A stretch of DNA of 64,000 nt, taken from the NCBI GenBank assembly GCA_051656625.1, contig JBOGCG010000057.1:3387-67386 (forward strand). The letters run 5' to 3'. Below the pieces are notes generated by a model. It was given only the letters and a program-made list of their open reading frames with translations. It searched no databases and was not told the DNA's origin. The position numbers were made by a program, and so were the translations under genes. Shown piece after piece: positions 33,981 through 45,684 of the stretch; the stretch's first letter is position 1; each line of letters opens with the position of its first letter. This DNA comes from Sarcina sp. Its GTDB lineage: Bacteria > Bacillota > Clostridia > Clostridiales > Clostridiaceae.

Positions 33981-34915
33981 TTTCTCACCTCCTAACTATA
34001 AAAATTAAAAAATCAGTAATTATTCACCAATAATTTAATCAATAATTATTAAGTTTTGAAATTTAGTTGCTAATTTTGCAATTATTTTTTTATAAAATTT
34101 CATATTTATCAGCTAAATTCTCTACTCACTGTAGAAAATACCAAAAAACTCAAATATTTTAAAAATAACTCTCTATTTATACTGTATTTATACATATAAA
34201 TTAAAATTTATACTTATTTTTTTATATTTTGTTTTTTTGATTATTTTCTTTTTTTATTGAAAATATTTTATGCACTTCATGGTCTTTATTATATGACTAT
34301 TATTTTTGTTTTTTAAATGCTATTTTAAAGCATTTATCAGTATTTATCTTGATTTAAAAGAATTATCTTTAAAAATCTAATTTTTATATTTGTTTTACTT
34401 TATATTACTTGTATTATCTATTTTTTTGATTTTTATAAATTCATAAAAATCTTTTTTCAGAAAATTCTGTGCATTTTATAAACTTTTTATAATTATTAAA
34501 TTCTAACTAAAACCTATTGTTTTCCAATTTATATTATCTTTTTACATTTTAATAATATTTTAAATGTAAACAATATATCTTTGTAGATTTCACTATTAAA
34601 GAATATTTTTGGTTGCTATATTGCTAGAATTTCTTAAATCTCAATCTATAACAATTATCAACTTTATAAAAATTTGAAAATAAATTATCATTTATTTTAT
34701 TTTTGATAATAAAGCTATTAATTTTAAAACCTATAATAGTTATCTGAATTACATAACTATTTTAAAATTCAAATTTTTTTTTAATAAATATAATTTTATT
34801 TGAATTTATAACATTTTTTTATTTAATTTAATCCATATTGCTTAAATAGGTAAAGTGATTTAAGATAAGTGTATAAATTCAAAAGCATTATATAGTGTAA
34901 AAAGGAGATGATTTT

Positions 34916-35599
34916 ATGAATAGATATGGAGTTTTTGATGTAATAGGTCCAATTATGGTTGGTCCATCAAGCTCTCATACAGCAGCAGCGGCAAGACTTG
35001 GAAAGATAGCTTCAACTATTTGTGCTATGCCAATAAAAAAAGTAACTTTTCTACTTCATGGCTCCTTTGCTAAAACCTACAAGGGACATGGTACTGATAA
35101 AGCATTAATTGCTGGAATATTAGGAATGGAACCTTCAGACTTAAGACTTAGAGATTCTTTTAAAATTGCAAAAGAAAAAGGTCTTGAAGTTGAATTTGTG
35201 GAAACTTCTCTTGGAGAAAATATTCATCCTAATACAGTAAGATTTATTATGGAAACTAAGGAAGGTTCTACAGTAGAAGTAATGGGTTCTTCAATAGGTG
35301 GTGGTGCTATAAAAATCACCGAAGTAGAAGGATGTGCTGTTGAGTTTACAGGACAATATCCTACATTAATAATATCTAATAAAGATATACCTGGTTCAAT
35401 CTCTGCAATAACTAACATAATATATGAGCATAATATAAATGTAGCTTCTCTTAAAGTATATCGTGTAAAAAGAGGTGAAAGTGCTAGTATGTTATTTGAA
35501 CTTGACAATAATCTTCCAAAGGAAGCTTTAAGTCAAATAAAAGCAGTTGAATCAGTTTGTAAAGCTATATTAATTAGTCCAGAATCTAGGGAGGTATAG
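34916..35599 (+). CDS. sdaAB: L-serine dehydratase beta subunit
   Basis: GPSSSHTA, GHGTD, C-terminal ACT domain. Confidence 0.95.
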   Translation: MNRYGVFDVIGPIMVGPSSSHTAAAARLGKIASTICAMPIKKVTFLLHGSFAKTYKGHGTDKALIAGILGMEPSDLRLRDSFKIAKEKGLEVEFVETSLGENIHPNTVRFIMETKEGSTVEVMGSSIGGGAIKITEVEGCAVEFTGQYPTLIISNKDIPGSISAITNIIYEHNINVASLKVYRVKRGESASMLFELDNNLPKEALSQIKAVESVCKAILISPESREV

Positions 35600-35601
35600 T
35601 A

Positions 35602-36483
35602 ATGTTTGCTAAAGATGGAGCTGAATTACTAAAGATTTGTGAAGAAAATAATTGGAGTTTAGCTGATTTTGCTATAAATTATGAAGTCTCCAATAATAAA
35701 TTATCTAGAGAAGATGTAATTGATAATATGAAAAAAGTTCTAGATGTTATGAAATACGATGTAACTATAGGTGTAGAAAAAGAAATTATCTGTCTTAGTG
35801 GTCTTACAGGTGGGAACGCTTACAAAGTTGGGAAATATTTAGAAAAAGGAAATACTCTTTGTGGTGATGTAATTGTTAAAGCTATTGCAAGAGCTATGTC
35901 CTGTTCTGAACTTAATGCCACTATGGGAAAAATAGTTGCTTGTCCTACTGCTGGTTCTTGTGGTATCTTACCGGCTGTTATTACTACTGTAGGTGAAAAG
36001 TTAAATCTTACAGATGAACAAATGGTTGAAGGACTTTTAGTTGCTTCTTCTGTTGGTATGATTATTGGACAAAATGCTACTTTTGCTGGAGCAGAAGGTG
36101 GTTGCCAAGCTGAATGTGGTGCTGCATCTGCAATGGCATCTGCTGCAACAGTTTACCTTATGGGTGGAACTCCAGAAATGTCATTACATGCTGCTGCAAT
36201 AGTTATAAAAAATGTTTTAGGACTTGTTTGTGATCCAGTAGCAGGTATCGTTGAAGTTCCCTGTGTAAAAAGAAACTTCGCCGGAGCTGTTAGTGCTTTA
36301 AGTACCGCCGATTTAGTTATGGCTGGTGTAATAAGCTACATTCCTTTTGATGAAGTTGTGGAAACTATGTTCAGCGTAGGAAAATCTCTACCTGAATCAT
36401 TAAGAGAAACTGCACAAGGTGGACTAGCAATCACTAAAACTGGACTTGCCTTCAAAGAAAAAGTATTTGGTAAAAAAAAATAA
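35602..36483 (+). CDS. sdaAA: L-serine dehydratase alpha subunit (Fe-S)
   Basis: PTAGSCG, GGCQAE, GLVCDP, PCVKRN. Confidence 0.95.
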   Translation: MFAKDGAELLKICEENNWSLADFAINYEVSNNKLSREDVIDNMKKVLDVMKYDVTIGVEKEIICLSGLTGGNAYKVGKYLEKGNTLCGDVIVKAIARAMSCSELNATMGKIVACPTAGSCGILPAVITTVGEKLNLTDEQMVEGLLVASSVGMIIGQNATFAGAEGGCQAECGAASAMASAATVYLMGGTPEMSLHAAAIVIKNVLGLVCDPVAGIVEVPCVKRNFAGAVSALSTADLVMAGVISYIPFDEVVETMFSVGKSLPESLRETAQGGLAITKTGLAFKEKVFGKKK

Positions 36484-36602
36484 AAATAAATAGGGTTAGC
36501 AGTATGGCCCCTGCTAACCCTATCTTTAGGAGTTTGTTTTATTGTTTGTACTCTGTTGTATTCAAGAAATTTTTAGTTGAGAACGATTATCCTTCTCTAT
36601 GT
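36482..36602 (-). ncRNA. Candidate Fur-repressed small RNA
   Basis: Own promoter (36609-36637), no ORF, 5' hairpin, CUCCU motif, 13-bp terminator stem at 36490-36523. Confidence 0.6.
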
Positions 36603-36608
36603 TTTTTT

Positions 36609-36637
36609 ATTGTATTGTAATTGATAACCATTGTCAA
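36609..36637 (-). promoter_or_regulatory. sigma-A promoter overlapped by a Fur-like box
   Basis: TTGACA-17-TACAAT; TGATAACCATTGTCA at 36622-36636; second box TGAGAACGATTATCC at 36578-36592. Confidence 0.7.
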
Positions 36638-37456
36638 TTATTTTTTACTCATTTCTTTAGATTTTTCTTCACAGCATTTCATTGCATTTATTAAAGCTTT
36701 TTTAAGCCCTTCTTCTTCTAACTTATTTACTGCTTCAATGGTAGTTCCTCCCGGTGAACAAACTTTATCTCTTAAAACAGCTGGATGGTCTCCTGATTCT
36801 AAAACCATTTTTGAAGCACCAAGTAATGATTGTGCTGCTAAACTATAAGCTTTAGTTGCAGGAATTCCAAATTTTATAGCTGCTTCTCCCATTGCTTCTA
36901 TAATCATATAAGCATAAGCTGGTGAAGAACCACAAAGTGCTATAAATCCATGAAAGTTTTTTTCTTCAATTTCTTCTACTTTTCCAAAGCTATTAAAAAT
37001 AGATTTTATTAATTCAATTTCAATTTCAGTTACATGTTCATTAGCACAAATAGCTGTCATTGCCTCTCCAACTAAAGCCGGTGTATTAGGCATAGCTCTT
37101 ACTGCCTTTAAATTTTCTATACTAAACCATCTTTCTATATCCATAAGTGTAATTCCAGCAGCTATAGCTAGAATAATTACATCTAGCTTTATAAATTCTC
37201 TTATTTCCTTTATTACCTTTTCATAAAGATTAGGTTTTACAGCTAAAATAATTACATCACTTTTTCTAGCAACGTCTATATTGCTGCCTATATTAATTTT
37301 AAATTTTTCTTCAATCTTTTTTCCACTTTTAGCACTTCTAGTTGAACATATAATATTTTCTGCTGAAAATTTTTTTGAAGAAATCATTCCTGAAAGCATT
37401 GCGCTTCCCATATTTCCGCAACCTATAAATCCAATATTTTTTTCCAAAATAATCAC
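36638..37456 (-). CDS. proC: Pyrroline-5-carboxylate reductase
   Basis: IGFIGCGNMG, MPNTP, GSSPAY, VCSPGGTT. Confidence 0.95.
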   Translation of the reverse strand: MIILEKNIGFIGCGNMGSAMLSGMISSKKFSAENIICSTRSAKSGKKIEEKFKINIGSNIDVARKSDVIILAVKPNLYEKVIKEIREFIKLDVIILAIAAGITLMDIERWFSIENLKAVRAMPNTPALVGEAMTAICANEHVTEIEIELIKSIFNSFGKVEEIEEKNFHGFIALCGSSPAYAYMIIEAMGEAAIKFGIPATKAYSLAAQSLLGASKMVLESGDHPAVLRDKVCSPGGTTIEAVNKLEEEGLKKALINAMKCCEEKSKEMSKK

Positions 37457-37559
37457 TCCTAAAATAATGGGAGATATATCAAAATATATTTGCTTTTATA
37501 GCCTTTAAATAAATGATACATCTCTTTTATATTTATTTTTTTTAATTTTATAACATGAT

Positions 37560-38894
37560 TTATTCTATATCAGATAAATCAAGATTACCAAATCTACTAT
37601 ATTGACCAAGCCAAGCAAGTTTAACAGTTCCAACCGGGCCGTTTCTTTGTTTAGCTATGATACATTCTCCAATATTTTTATCTTCTGTTTCTTTATTATA
37701 ATATTCATCTCTATATAAAAACATAACAAGGTCAGCATCCTGCTCTATAGAACCAGATTCTCTTAAGTCAGAAAGCATTGGTCTATGGTCAGCTCTTTGC
37801 TCAGGAGCACGAGATAACTGTGATAATGCTATTACAGGACATTTCATTTCCTTAGCTATTGCTTTAATATTTCTAGATATTTCTGAAACTTCTTGTTGTC
37901 TACTTTCTTCCCCACTACCACTCATAAGTTGAAGGTAGTCAATAAGGATTAAATCTATTCCATATTCTATTTTTAACTTTCTACATTTAGATCTCATTTC
38001 CATAATAGAAACACCAGCTGTATCATCAATATAAATTTTAGCTGATGATAAAGGACCAGCTGCTCTAGCTATGTTTTCCCAGTCTTTATCTTCTAATTGA
38101 CCTGTTCTTAAAGATAGCATATCTACACTTGCCTGTGAACATAAAAGTTTATAGGCTAATTGTTCCTTAGACATCTCTAGAGAAAATATAACTACACTTT
38201 TACCTTCTTTTAAAGCTGCATGTTCTGCTATATTTAAAGCAAAGGTAGTTTTCCCCATAGAAGGTCTTGCTGCAATAAGCACCATATCTCCAGATTGAAA
38301 CCCTGAAGTTTTTTCGTCTAAATCTTTAAATCCAGAACCAACTCCTGTAATTTCACCCTTATTATTATATAATTTTTCAATGTCTGCAAGTCCTCTTTCT
38401 AAGACTTCGCCTATATGTTCAAATTCTCCAGAATTTTTTGTTTCTGATATATCGAAAATTTTCTTTTCCGCACCATCTATTACTCCGGGAACATTTTCTT
38501 GATTGTTATAACAATTTTCAATAATTTCTGTTGATGATTTTATTAATTTTCTTAAAGTTGATTTATCAGCTACTATTTTTATATATTCTTTTACATTAGC
38601 TGTAGTTAAAACCCCTTCAACTATTTCATTTATGTAACTCATTCCGCCAGACTTCTCAAGTCTATCACTAGCTTTTAAATATTCAGTTAATGTTACCTGA
38701 TCAACCGCCTGATCTTTTTGAAACATTTCTACTACACTTTTAAAAATTGTTTTGTGTGAATCTCTATAAAAATCCTCATAGGATAAAGCTTCAGCAGCTC
38801 TTGCAATGGCTGTTCTATCTATAATCATTGCTCCTAAAATTGCTTGTTCTGCTTCAATACTCTGAGGTAAGCTTTTCATTACAGGTGCATCCAA
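37560..38894 (-). CDS. dnaB: Replicative DNA helicase
   Basis: AARPSMGKT, DYLQL, DLRESGSIEQDAD, KQRNGP. Confidence 0.97.
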   Translation of the reverse strand: MDAPVMKSLPQSIEAEQAILGAMIIDRTAIARAAEALSYEDFYRDSHKTIFKSVVEMFQKDQAVDQVTLTEYLKASDRLEKSGGMSYINEIVEGVLTTANVKEYIKIVADKSTLRKLIKSSTEIIENCYNNQENVPGVIDGAEKKIFDISETKNSGEFEHIGEVLERGLADIEKLYNNKGEITGVGSGFKDLDEKTSGFQSGDMVLIAARPSMGKTTFALNIAEHAALKEGKSVVIFSLEMSKEQLAYKLLCSQASVDMLSLRTGQLEDKDWENIARAAGPLSSAKIYIDDTAGVSIMEMRSKCRKLKIEYGIDLILIDYLQLMSGSGEESRQQEVSEISRNIKAIAKEMKCPVIALSQLSRAPEQRADHRPMLSDLRESGSIEQDADLVMFLYRDEYYNKETEDKNIGECIIAKQRNGPVGTVKLAWLGQYSRFGNLDLSDIE

Positions 38895-39107
38895 AATTTT
38901 CGCCTCCTAATCTCACCATTAAATACAAACTAATTAAAAAATTACTGATTTAACTCAAATCTTTAATTACCTACATTAAATTTATTCTATTATATATTAT
39001 ATCATTATTATGCAAACTTAAAACTAAAGAAACTAGATAATAATTTGAAAATATTATTTTAACAGAAAAAAATAGAGATAGCTTTTAAGGGCTATCCCTA
39101 TTTCTAT

Positions 39108-41006
39108 TTAATTAAAAGCAATTTCTAATAATTCATTTATATTACTTATAGCTCTAACTTCTATATCCTTAAGTCCTCTTGGTATTTCACTTTCATTGTC
39201 CTTTGGTACAGTAACAATTTTTATACCTTTTCTCTTAGCACCATAAATCTTTTCGAAAATTCCACCAACAGGTTTTATATGTCCTCTTAATGAAATTTCT
39301 CCAGTTACAGCTAAGTCCTGTCTTATAGGTCTTTCTGTTAAAGCACTTATAATACAAAGTGTTATTGCGGCCCCAGCTGAAGGTCCATCAATTTTTCCTC
39401 CACCAACTACGTTAACATGAATATCATAATCTTTTATATCTTTATCAGTTACTTTTCTTATTACTGAAGCAGCGTTAAATACTGAATCTTTAGCCATTGA
39501 ACCAGCAGTATCATTAAATCTTATATGTCCTGCTCCTTCTTTTTTAGCTTTAAAGACAACAGCTTCAATTTCTAAAGTTGAACCTAAGAATCCTGCAACT
39601 CCAAGGCCAGAAACTTTACCAATTTCTTTACCCTCTAAATCTTCCGCTCTTTCATAAGGAATAAATCTTCCAACACTTAAAACTTCTTCTAAATCTTTAA
39701 GCATTATTTTAACTCTCTTTGGAGAATTTGATTTACTTCTTAAAAGTGCTTGTCCGTAGGCATCAGCTAATAGATTTACAGCTTTTCTACCTTCAATTGT
39801 GTATCTAGCTATAAGGCTATCTACACCCTTCTCTATTGTGGCACCTAATTTTCTAGCAGCATTTGCAACTATTTTTTCTATATCAACTGCATTTAAAGGT
39901 TCGAAATAAACCTCTGTACATCTTGATCTTAAAGCAGGATTTATTTCTCCTGGACTTCTAGTTGTTGCACCTATTAATACAAAGTCTGCTGGTGCTCCTT
40001 TGTCAAATAAATACTTAATGTATTTAGGAACATTTTTATCATCTGGGTCATAGTAAGATGATGAGAATTCAACTCTTTTATCTTCTAAAACCTTTAATAA
40101 TTTATTTTGTAAGAATGAATCAAGTTCACCTATTTCATCAATAAATAATATTCCACCATGTGCTTCTGTTACAAGACCAGTTTTAGGTTCTGGTACTCCT
40201 ACTTCTGCTAAATCTCTTTTACTACCTTGATAAATTGGATCATGAACTGAACCAAGTAATGGGTTTGAGATTTCTCTTGGGTCCCATCTTAAAGTAGTTC
40301 CATCAACTTCAACAAAGTTTGATGTTTCATTAAAAGCTGATTGTTTTATTCTTTTAGCTTCTTCTAAGGCTATTCTAGCAGCTGTTGTTTTACCAACACC
40401 TGGTGGCCCATAAAGAATTATATGCTGTGGATATGGTGAAACTAATTTTGAAATTAATGACTTTATCGCTCTTTCTTGACCTATAATTTCTTTGAAATTA
40501 TCTGGTCTTAATAAAGACATTATGTTTTTATTAGGTATTTTACTATCTAAAGCCTCTAAATCTTCAAGTTTCTTTAAAGTTCCTGCATTTTCAGGTCCTT
40601 TTTTCTTCTTGATTATTTCAAGTCTCATTTCATCCATATATTTTTCTTGCTTTTCTTCAAGAGCTCTATTAACTTCACCGCTAATTTTCTTCTTTAAGTA
40701 TCTTTTAGCAAGTTCTCCAGATATAAACCCACAAGTTTCCTCTAATACTTCATCTACTTCTGATTCTACTGGAACTGTATTTCTTCCTTTTCCTTCTGAA
40801 ACTATTACATTTAATGCATATAATCTTTCATAAGGATTTTCTGAGTCTACATATTTTTGAAGCTTAAATCTAATCGTTCTAGCTCTAATTGCACCTTCGT
40901 CTAACATTTTTCCTGCTACATCAAAAAGTACATCTACTTGTTCATTTAAACTAAGTCCGTCTTCCATTAAATATTGTATAGCTTTATTTTTATCTATAGT
41001 CTTCAA
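39108..41006 (-). CDS. lonC: Lon-family ATP-dependent protease (LonC/LonB type)
   Basis: GPPGVGKT, DGPSAG, PVGGIFEK. Confidence 0.9.
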   Translation of the reverse strand: MKTIDKNKAIQYLMEDGLSLNEQVDVLFDVAGKMLDEGAIRARTIRFKLQKYVDSENPYERLYALNVIVSEGKGRNTVPVESEVDEVLEETCGFISGELAKRYLKKKISGEVNRALEEKQEKYMDEMRLEIIKKKKGPENAGTLKKLEDLEALDSKIPNKNIMSLLRPDNFKEIIGQERAIKSLISKLVSPYPQHIILYGPPGVGKTTAARIALEEAKRIKQSAFNETSNFVEVDGTTLRWDPREISNPLLGSVHDPIYQGSKRDLAEVGVPEPKTGLVTEAHGGILFIDEIGELDSFLQNKLLKVLEDKRVEFSSSYYDPDDKNVPKYIKYLFDKGAPADFVLIGATTRSPGEINPALRSRCTEVYFEPLNAVDIEKIVANAARKLGATIEKGVDSLIARYTIEGRKAVNLLADAYGQALLRSKSNSPKRVKIMLKDLEEVLSVGRFIPYERAEDLEGKEIGKVSGLGVAGFLGSTLEIEAVVFKAKKEGAGHIRFNDTAGSMAKDSVFNAASVIRKVTDKDIKDYDIHVNVVGGGKIDGPSAGAAITLCIISALTERPIRQDLAVTGEISLRGHIKPVGGIFEKIYGAKRKGIKIVTVPKDNESEIPRGLKDIEVRAISNINELLEIAFN

Positions 41007-41021
41007 AATTTAAATCCCCCT

Positions 41022-41468
41022 CTACGCTACAGGAACAACCATTACTTTCATTTTTGTTGATACTTCAGGGTATAATTTAACGTCTATTATATATGTTCCT
41101 GCTACTTTTATTGTATCCATTGTTATTTTCTTTTTATCTATTTTTACGTTAAATTGTTTGTTTATAAGTTCAGCTACATCTTTGCTTGTTATAGCACCAA
41201 ATAATTTACCGTTATCTCCAGCTTTACCTTCAACTTTTACAACTTTATCTTTTAATTCAGCTGCTAATTTTTGTGCTGCTTCTATTTCAGCTAATTTTTG
41301 TCTTCTTTCATTTTCTTTTTTTACATTTAAAATGTGAAGATTATTCTCTGTTGCAACATCCGCTAATTTTTTAGGGAATAAAAAGTTTCTTGCATATCCA
41401 TCTGATGCATTAACAACCTCTCCTGTTTTACCTAATCCTTTAACATCTTTTAATAAAATAACTTTCAT
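41022..41468 (-). CDS. rplI: 50S ribosomal protein L9
   Basis: [13 protein letters not shown]...GYARNFL. Confidence 0.97.
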   Translation of the reverse strand: MKVILLKDVKGLGKTGEVVNASDGYARNFLFPKKLADVATENNLHILNVKKENERRQKLAEIEAAQKLAAELKDKVVKVEGKAGDNGKLFGAITSKDVAELINKQFNVKIDKKKITMDTIKVAGTYIIDVKLYPEVSTKMKVMVVPVA

Positions 41469-41470
41469 TG

Positions 41471-43429
41471 TTATTCACCTTCCTTTAAATATTCTTTTAA
41501 AGTTTCTTCTAACTTTTCAATTGCCTCATCCATAGAAATACCTACAAACTTAGTTCCTGCCATAGTTCTATGACCACCACCACCTAAAGCTTCCATTATT
41601 ACTTGAACATTTATTTCTCCAAGTGATCTTGAACTTAGGTAAACCTCATTACCTACTTTAACAAATACAAAGGAACATATTATTCCTGTAATATTTAAAA
41701 GTTCATCAGCACCTTGAGCAGCCAATGCGGTATCTTGTATTATTTCTGGACATTTAGCAATTGCTATTCCATCTTTTATTTTAGCAGATTTTATGACTTC
41801 TGCCTTTATTAAGTAACTACTTATATCATTATCAAATATTTTTTTGACTTCTACAGTATCGGCTCCTAATTTTCTTAAAAAAGCTGCTGCTTCGAAAGTT
41901 CTTACACCAGTTTTAAAAGTGAAGTTTTTTGTATCTAAACAAATACCTGCAAGTAAAGCTTCAGCCTCTATTCTCTTTAAAACAGGCTTTTCAACCATGT
42001 ATTGTATCATTTCTGTAATAAGCTCTGAAGTTGAAGATGCATAAACTTCAATATAATTTAATAGGGCACCTTTTATATAATCTGTAGATATTCTATGATG
42101 GTCTATTATTACTACTCTATCACAATTACTTAAAAATTCAAAATTTGATATATATCCTTCATTATGAACATCTACAATTATTATAAGCGATTTATTGCTT
42201 ATATATCTCTTAGCGTCCTTAAAATTTATTATAATATCATTATAATCTTGGAATTCTTTTAAGTCTTCAATAAAATTATCCACAGTTTTAGTATTATCAT
42301 CAAGAACAATTTTACAAGGCTTACCTAGATATTTAATAGTTGCAGCAAGACCTAAGGCTGCTCCAAAACAATCCATATCAGTTTTTTTATGACCTAAGAT
42401 AAATATATTTTCACTTTCATATATTAAATCTTTTAAGGCATGTGCTATAACCCTTGCTTTAACTCTTGTTCTTTTTTCTTTTTCTCTTGTATTACCACCA
42501 AAGATTTTAAAATCTTTATTAGCTTTTACTACTACTTGATCTCCACCTCTACCTAAAGCAAGTTCAATGGCTTTAGAGGCATTTATTTGATTTTCCTGTG
42601 GTGTAGCTCCATCTCTTCCAATTCCAATACTTAATGTCACAGCTACTTTGTTTGAAAATTCTATTTCTTTAAATTTATCTAAAATATCAAATTTTCTACT
42701 TATTTCTTTTTCAATAACAAAATCCAGTACTGATAGAATGTATTTGTCATCATCATACTTTTCTATCATTGCTCCTAAGGACTCTGCATATTTGTTAATA
42801 CTTCTTTCTATTTCAGCTAAAAATATAGGTCTGTTTTCTTGCTCAATTGGAGCTATGGCTTCTTCTATATTATCCACTTGTATTAAAACTATGCTTTGCT
42901 TTGCCCCTGTATGAATTTGTGCTATTTCATTAAAGCTAATAAGTATATAAGTTTCTTCTTTCTGCTCATAGACTTTTTTCCCATAAACTTCATAGAAAGA
43001 TTTTTTTGTTTTTATTTTTTCAGCTACATTTCTTTGCCCTTTTATTAATCTTTCTAAATTAAGGTCTTTTAATACAGTTAAAATATTTTTTCTAGATGAG
43101 CCTTTAGGTCCTCCAAATTCTTCATTGAATTTTTCATTTGCCCATTTTATTTCACCAGCTTTATTAATTACGCAGGCTGGATAAATAAAATTACCTACAT
43201 TATCTTTAATCGCTACTTCTATAGCCTTAGAAATATCTTCTACCCTTGAAGTAAGAATTGTAACTTCATTTAATTTACTTAATATATTCAACGTTAAATA
43301 AATTATATAAAGCACAACTAAAATAAATGCAAAAGATCTAAGTCTACAAGAAATTAATACTACCATAAGAATTAGTATAATAACTGTCATTGAAATTAAT
43401 TGGGAGCTTTTTTTAATTTTAAAAAACAT
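41471..43429 (-). CDS. gdpP: c-di-AMP phosphodiesterase GdpP (DHH family)
   Basis: TM-PAS-GGDQV-DHH-GGGGH architecture. Confidence 0.92.
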   Translation of the reverse strand: MFFKIKKSSQLISMTVIILILMVVLISCRLRSFAFILVVLYIIYLTLNILSKLNEVTILTSRVEDISKAIEVAIKDNVGNFIYPACVINKAGEIKWANEKFNEEFGGPKGSSRKNILTVLKDLNLERLIKGQRNVAEKIKTKKSFYEVYGKKVYEQKEETYILISFNEIAQIHTGAKQSIVLIQVDNIEEAIAPIEQENRPIFLAEIERSINKYAESLGAMIEKYDDDKYILSVLDFVIEKEISRKFDILDKFKEIEFSNKVAVTLSIGIGRDGATPQENQINASKAIELALGRGGDQVVVKANKDFKIFGGNTREKEKRTRVKARVIAHALKDLIYESENIFILGHKKTDMDCFGAALGLAATIKYLGKPCKIVLDDNTKTVDNFIEDLKEFQDYNDIIINFKDAKRYISNKSLIIIVDVHNEGYISNFEFLSNCDRVVIIDHHRISTDYIKGALLNYIEVYASSTSELITEMIQYMVEKPVLKRIEAEALLAGICLDTKNFTFKTGVRTFEAAAFLRKLGADTVEVKKIFDNDISSYLIKAEVIKSAKIKDGIAIAKCPEIIQDTALAAQGADELLNITGIICSFVFVKVGNEVYLSSRSLGEINVQVIMEALGGGGHRTMAGTKFVGISMDEAIEKLEETLKEYLKEGE

Positions 43430-43470
43430 AAATTTCTCCTCTAAAATTCACTTTAATAACATTTATTTCA

Positions 43471-44475
43471 TTAAATTATTCCCTTTATTATTCTTCTTAA
43501 ACTATTTTTATTTACGTTTCTTGTATCCATTAACAAATCTATGATTCCCAATATACCTAAAAATAAAAATGCTATTTTCCCTAATAAAATCACTAGAATG
43601 ATAATCATTACCGGTAATCCTTTGCTTTTTACAGCTACACTTCTAGTTATCAAGTGACAAATAAAACTCAATCCTTGAATAAAATATGTGACTACAAATA
43701 GCGTCAAGGCACCTTGAACAATTTCACTTCCTACTGTAAATCCATTTTGAGATAAAATAGTTCCAAAAATCGCAACAACTACGTAAATTAAAGCTATTTT
43801 AGGATCTATATACCACTTGTCAAAACTAGACATAGAGTCAACCTTAAAATTAATTCTATTCAATGTTTTGTTAGCTAATGCCATTGTTATAAGTGACATT
43901 ATCAAAGTAATTATAACTAGAGATGCTAGTAATAATATAATTATTTTATTACTTTCTAAAAGATTTATCATTCCTTTAAAATAATTTTCTGCCGCTAAAT
44001 TTCCTGCAGCTGCTGCTTTATTAATAGCTTCATCTATCATAGGTTTATATAAATCTATAAAAGAACTTTGAATAAACCCTTTAAAAGTTGTGCCCAATAC
44101 AACATAAATATCTAGTACTGTGGTCACCACAATAGCTATTATATTGCTTATTATCAAGTATGAAAATATAGTATTTCCGCTTTTTTTCTTTTTAACAGCA
44201 TAACCATAAGCAAAACTAACAATAATTACAGGAATTACTATAGTTAAAAGACCGGTAACTCCTGTAAATAAAAAGGTTAAAATAATTGTTGCTAAACTGC
44301 CTAAAGTCCATGTTTTAAAATCATACTTTACATAAATTAGTGCTAATGGAATTAAGGCTACTATTGTAGTCAATATAAAAAGCCCTAGAAAATTTCCAAC
44401 TAACACCATTAAAATTGTTAAAGCTGTTAAAATCGCTGAATCAGTTAAAGATTTTGCAGTGATGTTGCTACTCAT
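43471..44475 (-). CDS. YybS/DUF2232 membrane protein
   Basis: Polytopic; F.QGLS motif; position upstream of gdpP. Confidence 0.8.
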   Translation of the reverse strand: MSSNITAKSLTDSAILTALTILMVLVGNFLGLFILTTIVALIPLALIYVKYDFKTWTLGSLATIILTFLFTGVTGLLTIVIPVIIVSFAYGYAVKKKKSGNTIFSYLIISNIIAIVVTTVLDIYVVLGTTFKGFIQSSFIDLYKPMIDEAINKAAAAGNLAAENYFKGMINLLESNKIIILLLASLVIITLIMSLITMALANKTLNRINFKVDSMSSFDKWYIDPKIALIYVVVAIFGTILSQNGFTVGSEIVQGALTLFVVTYFIQGLSFICHLITRSVAVKSKGLPVMIIILVILLGKIAFLFLGILGIIDLLMDTRNVNKNSLRRIIKGII

Positions 44476-44516
44476 TTTTCCTCCTATGTTTATTTTATTT
44501 TTTCTTTTGTTAAAGA

Positions 44517-44834
44517 TTAATATCTATTTTTGAAATGTCTTAATAATTTACTAAGACTTCCACCCTCTTTTTCTAGAACATCATCTTCTATTATTGCCAT
44601 TTTTAAACTCTTTTTAACACTTTCATCAACTTCCATTGCACTATAACCAAGTTTCTCAGCTAATACATAAAGCACTATTATCACAGAGCCTATACAATCA
44701 ACAATAGCGTCTTTAGTTGCAAAAGCACCCTTTGTTAATATACTAAAAAGTTCGCCTATTATACATATTAGTTGAGCCTTTAGCTCCTCAATGGCTTTTA
44801 TATTTCCCATAATGTTAAAATCATCTTTTCTCAT
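44517..44834 (-). CDS. MazG-like family protein
   Basis: Conserved clostridial ORF between rpsR and yybS; all-alpha pattern. Confidence 0.7.
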   Translation of the reverse strand: MRKDDFNIMGNIKAIEELKAQLICIIGELFSILTKGAFATKDAIVDCIGSVIIVLYVLAEKLGYSAMEVDESVKKSLKMAIIEDDVLEKEGGSLSKLLRHFKNRY

Positions 44835-44955
44835 AAATTACCCCCCTCATGTACCCACTTATATATAATTTTAGTTTTTTTCATATATTTATGCAACTAA
44901 AACGTCTTTAAAATATAAAAAAACCCCTAACAGTAGTTAGGGGCTTAAAAGCATT

Positions 44956-45198
44956 TTACTCAGTTGTAAATGGTAATAATGCTATGTTTCTTGATCTCTT
45001 TATTGATTCAGTTAACTCTCTTTGGTGCTTAGCACAAGTTCCTGAAATTCTTCTAGGTAATATTTTACCTCTTTCAGTGATGTACTTCTTTAATTTAGGT
45101 ACATCTTTATAATCTATGTTAGTAGATTTTTCTACACAGAAAGAACAAACTTTTCTTCTTGCTCTTCTTGGTTTTCCTCTTCTCATTTCTCTGCTCAT
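44956..45198 (-). CDS. rpsR: 30S ribosomal protein S18
   Basis: [19 protein letters not shown]. Confidence 0.97.
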   Translation of the reverse strand: MSREMRRGKPRRARRKVCSFCVEKSTNIDYKDVPKLKKYITERGKILPRRISGTCAKHQRELTESIKRSRNIALLPFTTE

Positions 45199-45224
45199 TG
45201 TCTTAACCTCCTTACTTATTTGAA

Positions 45225-45671
45225 TTAGAATGGAATGTCTCCATCATCGATTGGCATCATATCGTCGTTTGAATTACTAAATGAACTATCTGAATTATCG
45301 AATGAAGACCCACCAGTATTGTTATCCATACCGAATGAATTTCCACCTCTTGAAGCATTATTATCTACACCTGAAATAAATTCAAAAGTTTCTACTACAA
45401 CTTCTGTAGTATATCTTTTAGTTCCATCTTTAGCTTCGTAGCTTCCAGTTCTGATATTTCCATTGATAGCTATTTGTCTACCTTTAGTTAGGTATTGTGC
45501 TATTGTCTCGCCAGTCTTACCAAAAGCTATGCAATTAATGAAATCAGCTTCATCCCTTTTCATTTGTCTGTTTACAGCAACTGTAAATCTAGTAACAGCA
45601 GTACCGCTACCAGCAGCAAATCTTAAATCAGGATCTTTCGTAAGTCTTCCAATAAGTATAACCTTATTCAT
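45225..45671 (-). CDS. ssb: Single-stranded DNA-binding protein
   Basis: [13 protein letters not shown]...DIPF. Confidence 0.97.
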   Translation of the reverse strand: MNKVILIGRLTKDPDLRFAAGSGTAVTRFTVAVNRQMKRDEADFINCIAFGKTGETIAQYLTKGRQIAINGNIRTGSYEAKDGTKRYTTEVVVETFEFISGVDNNASRGGNSFGMDNNTGGSSFDNSDSSFSNSNDDMMPIDDGDIPF

Positions 45672-45684
45672 ACAATATCACCTC

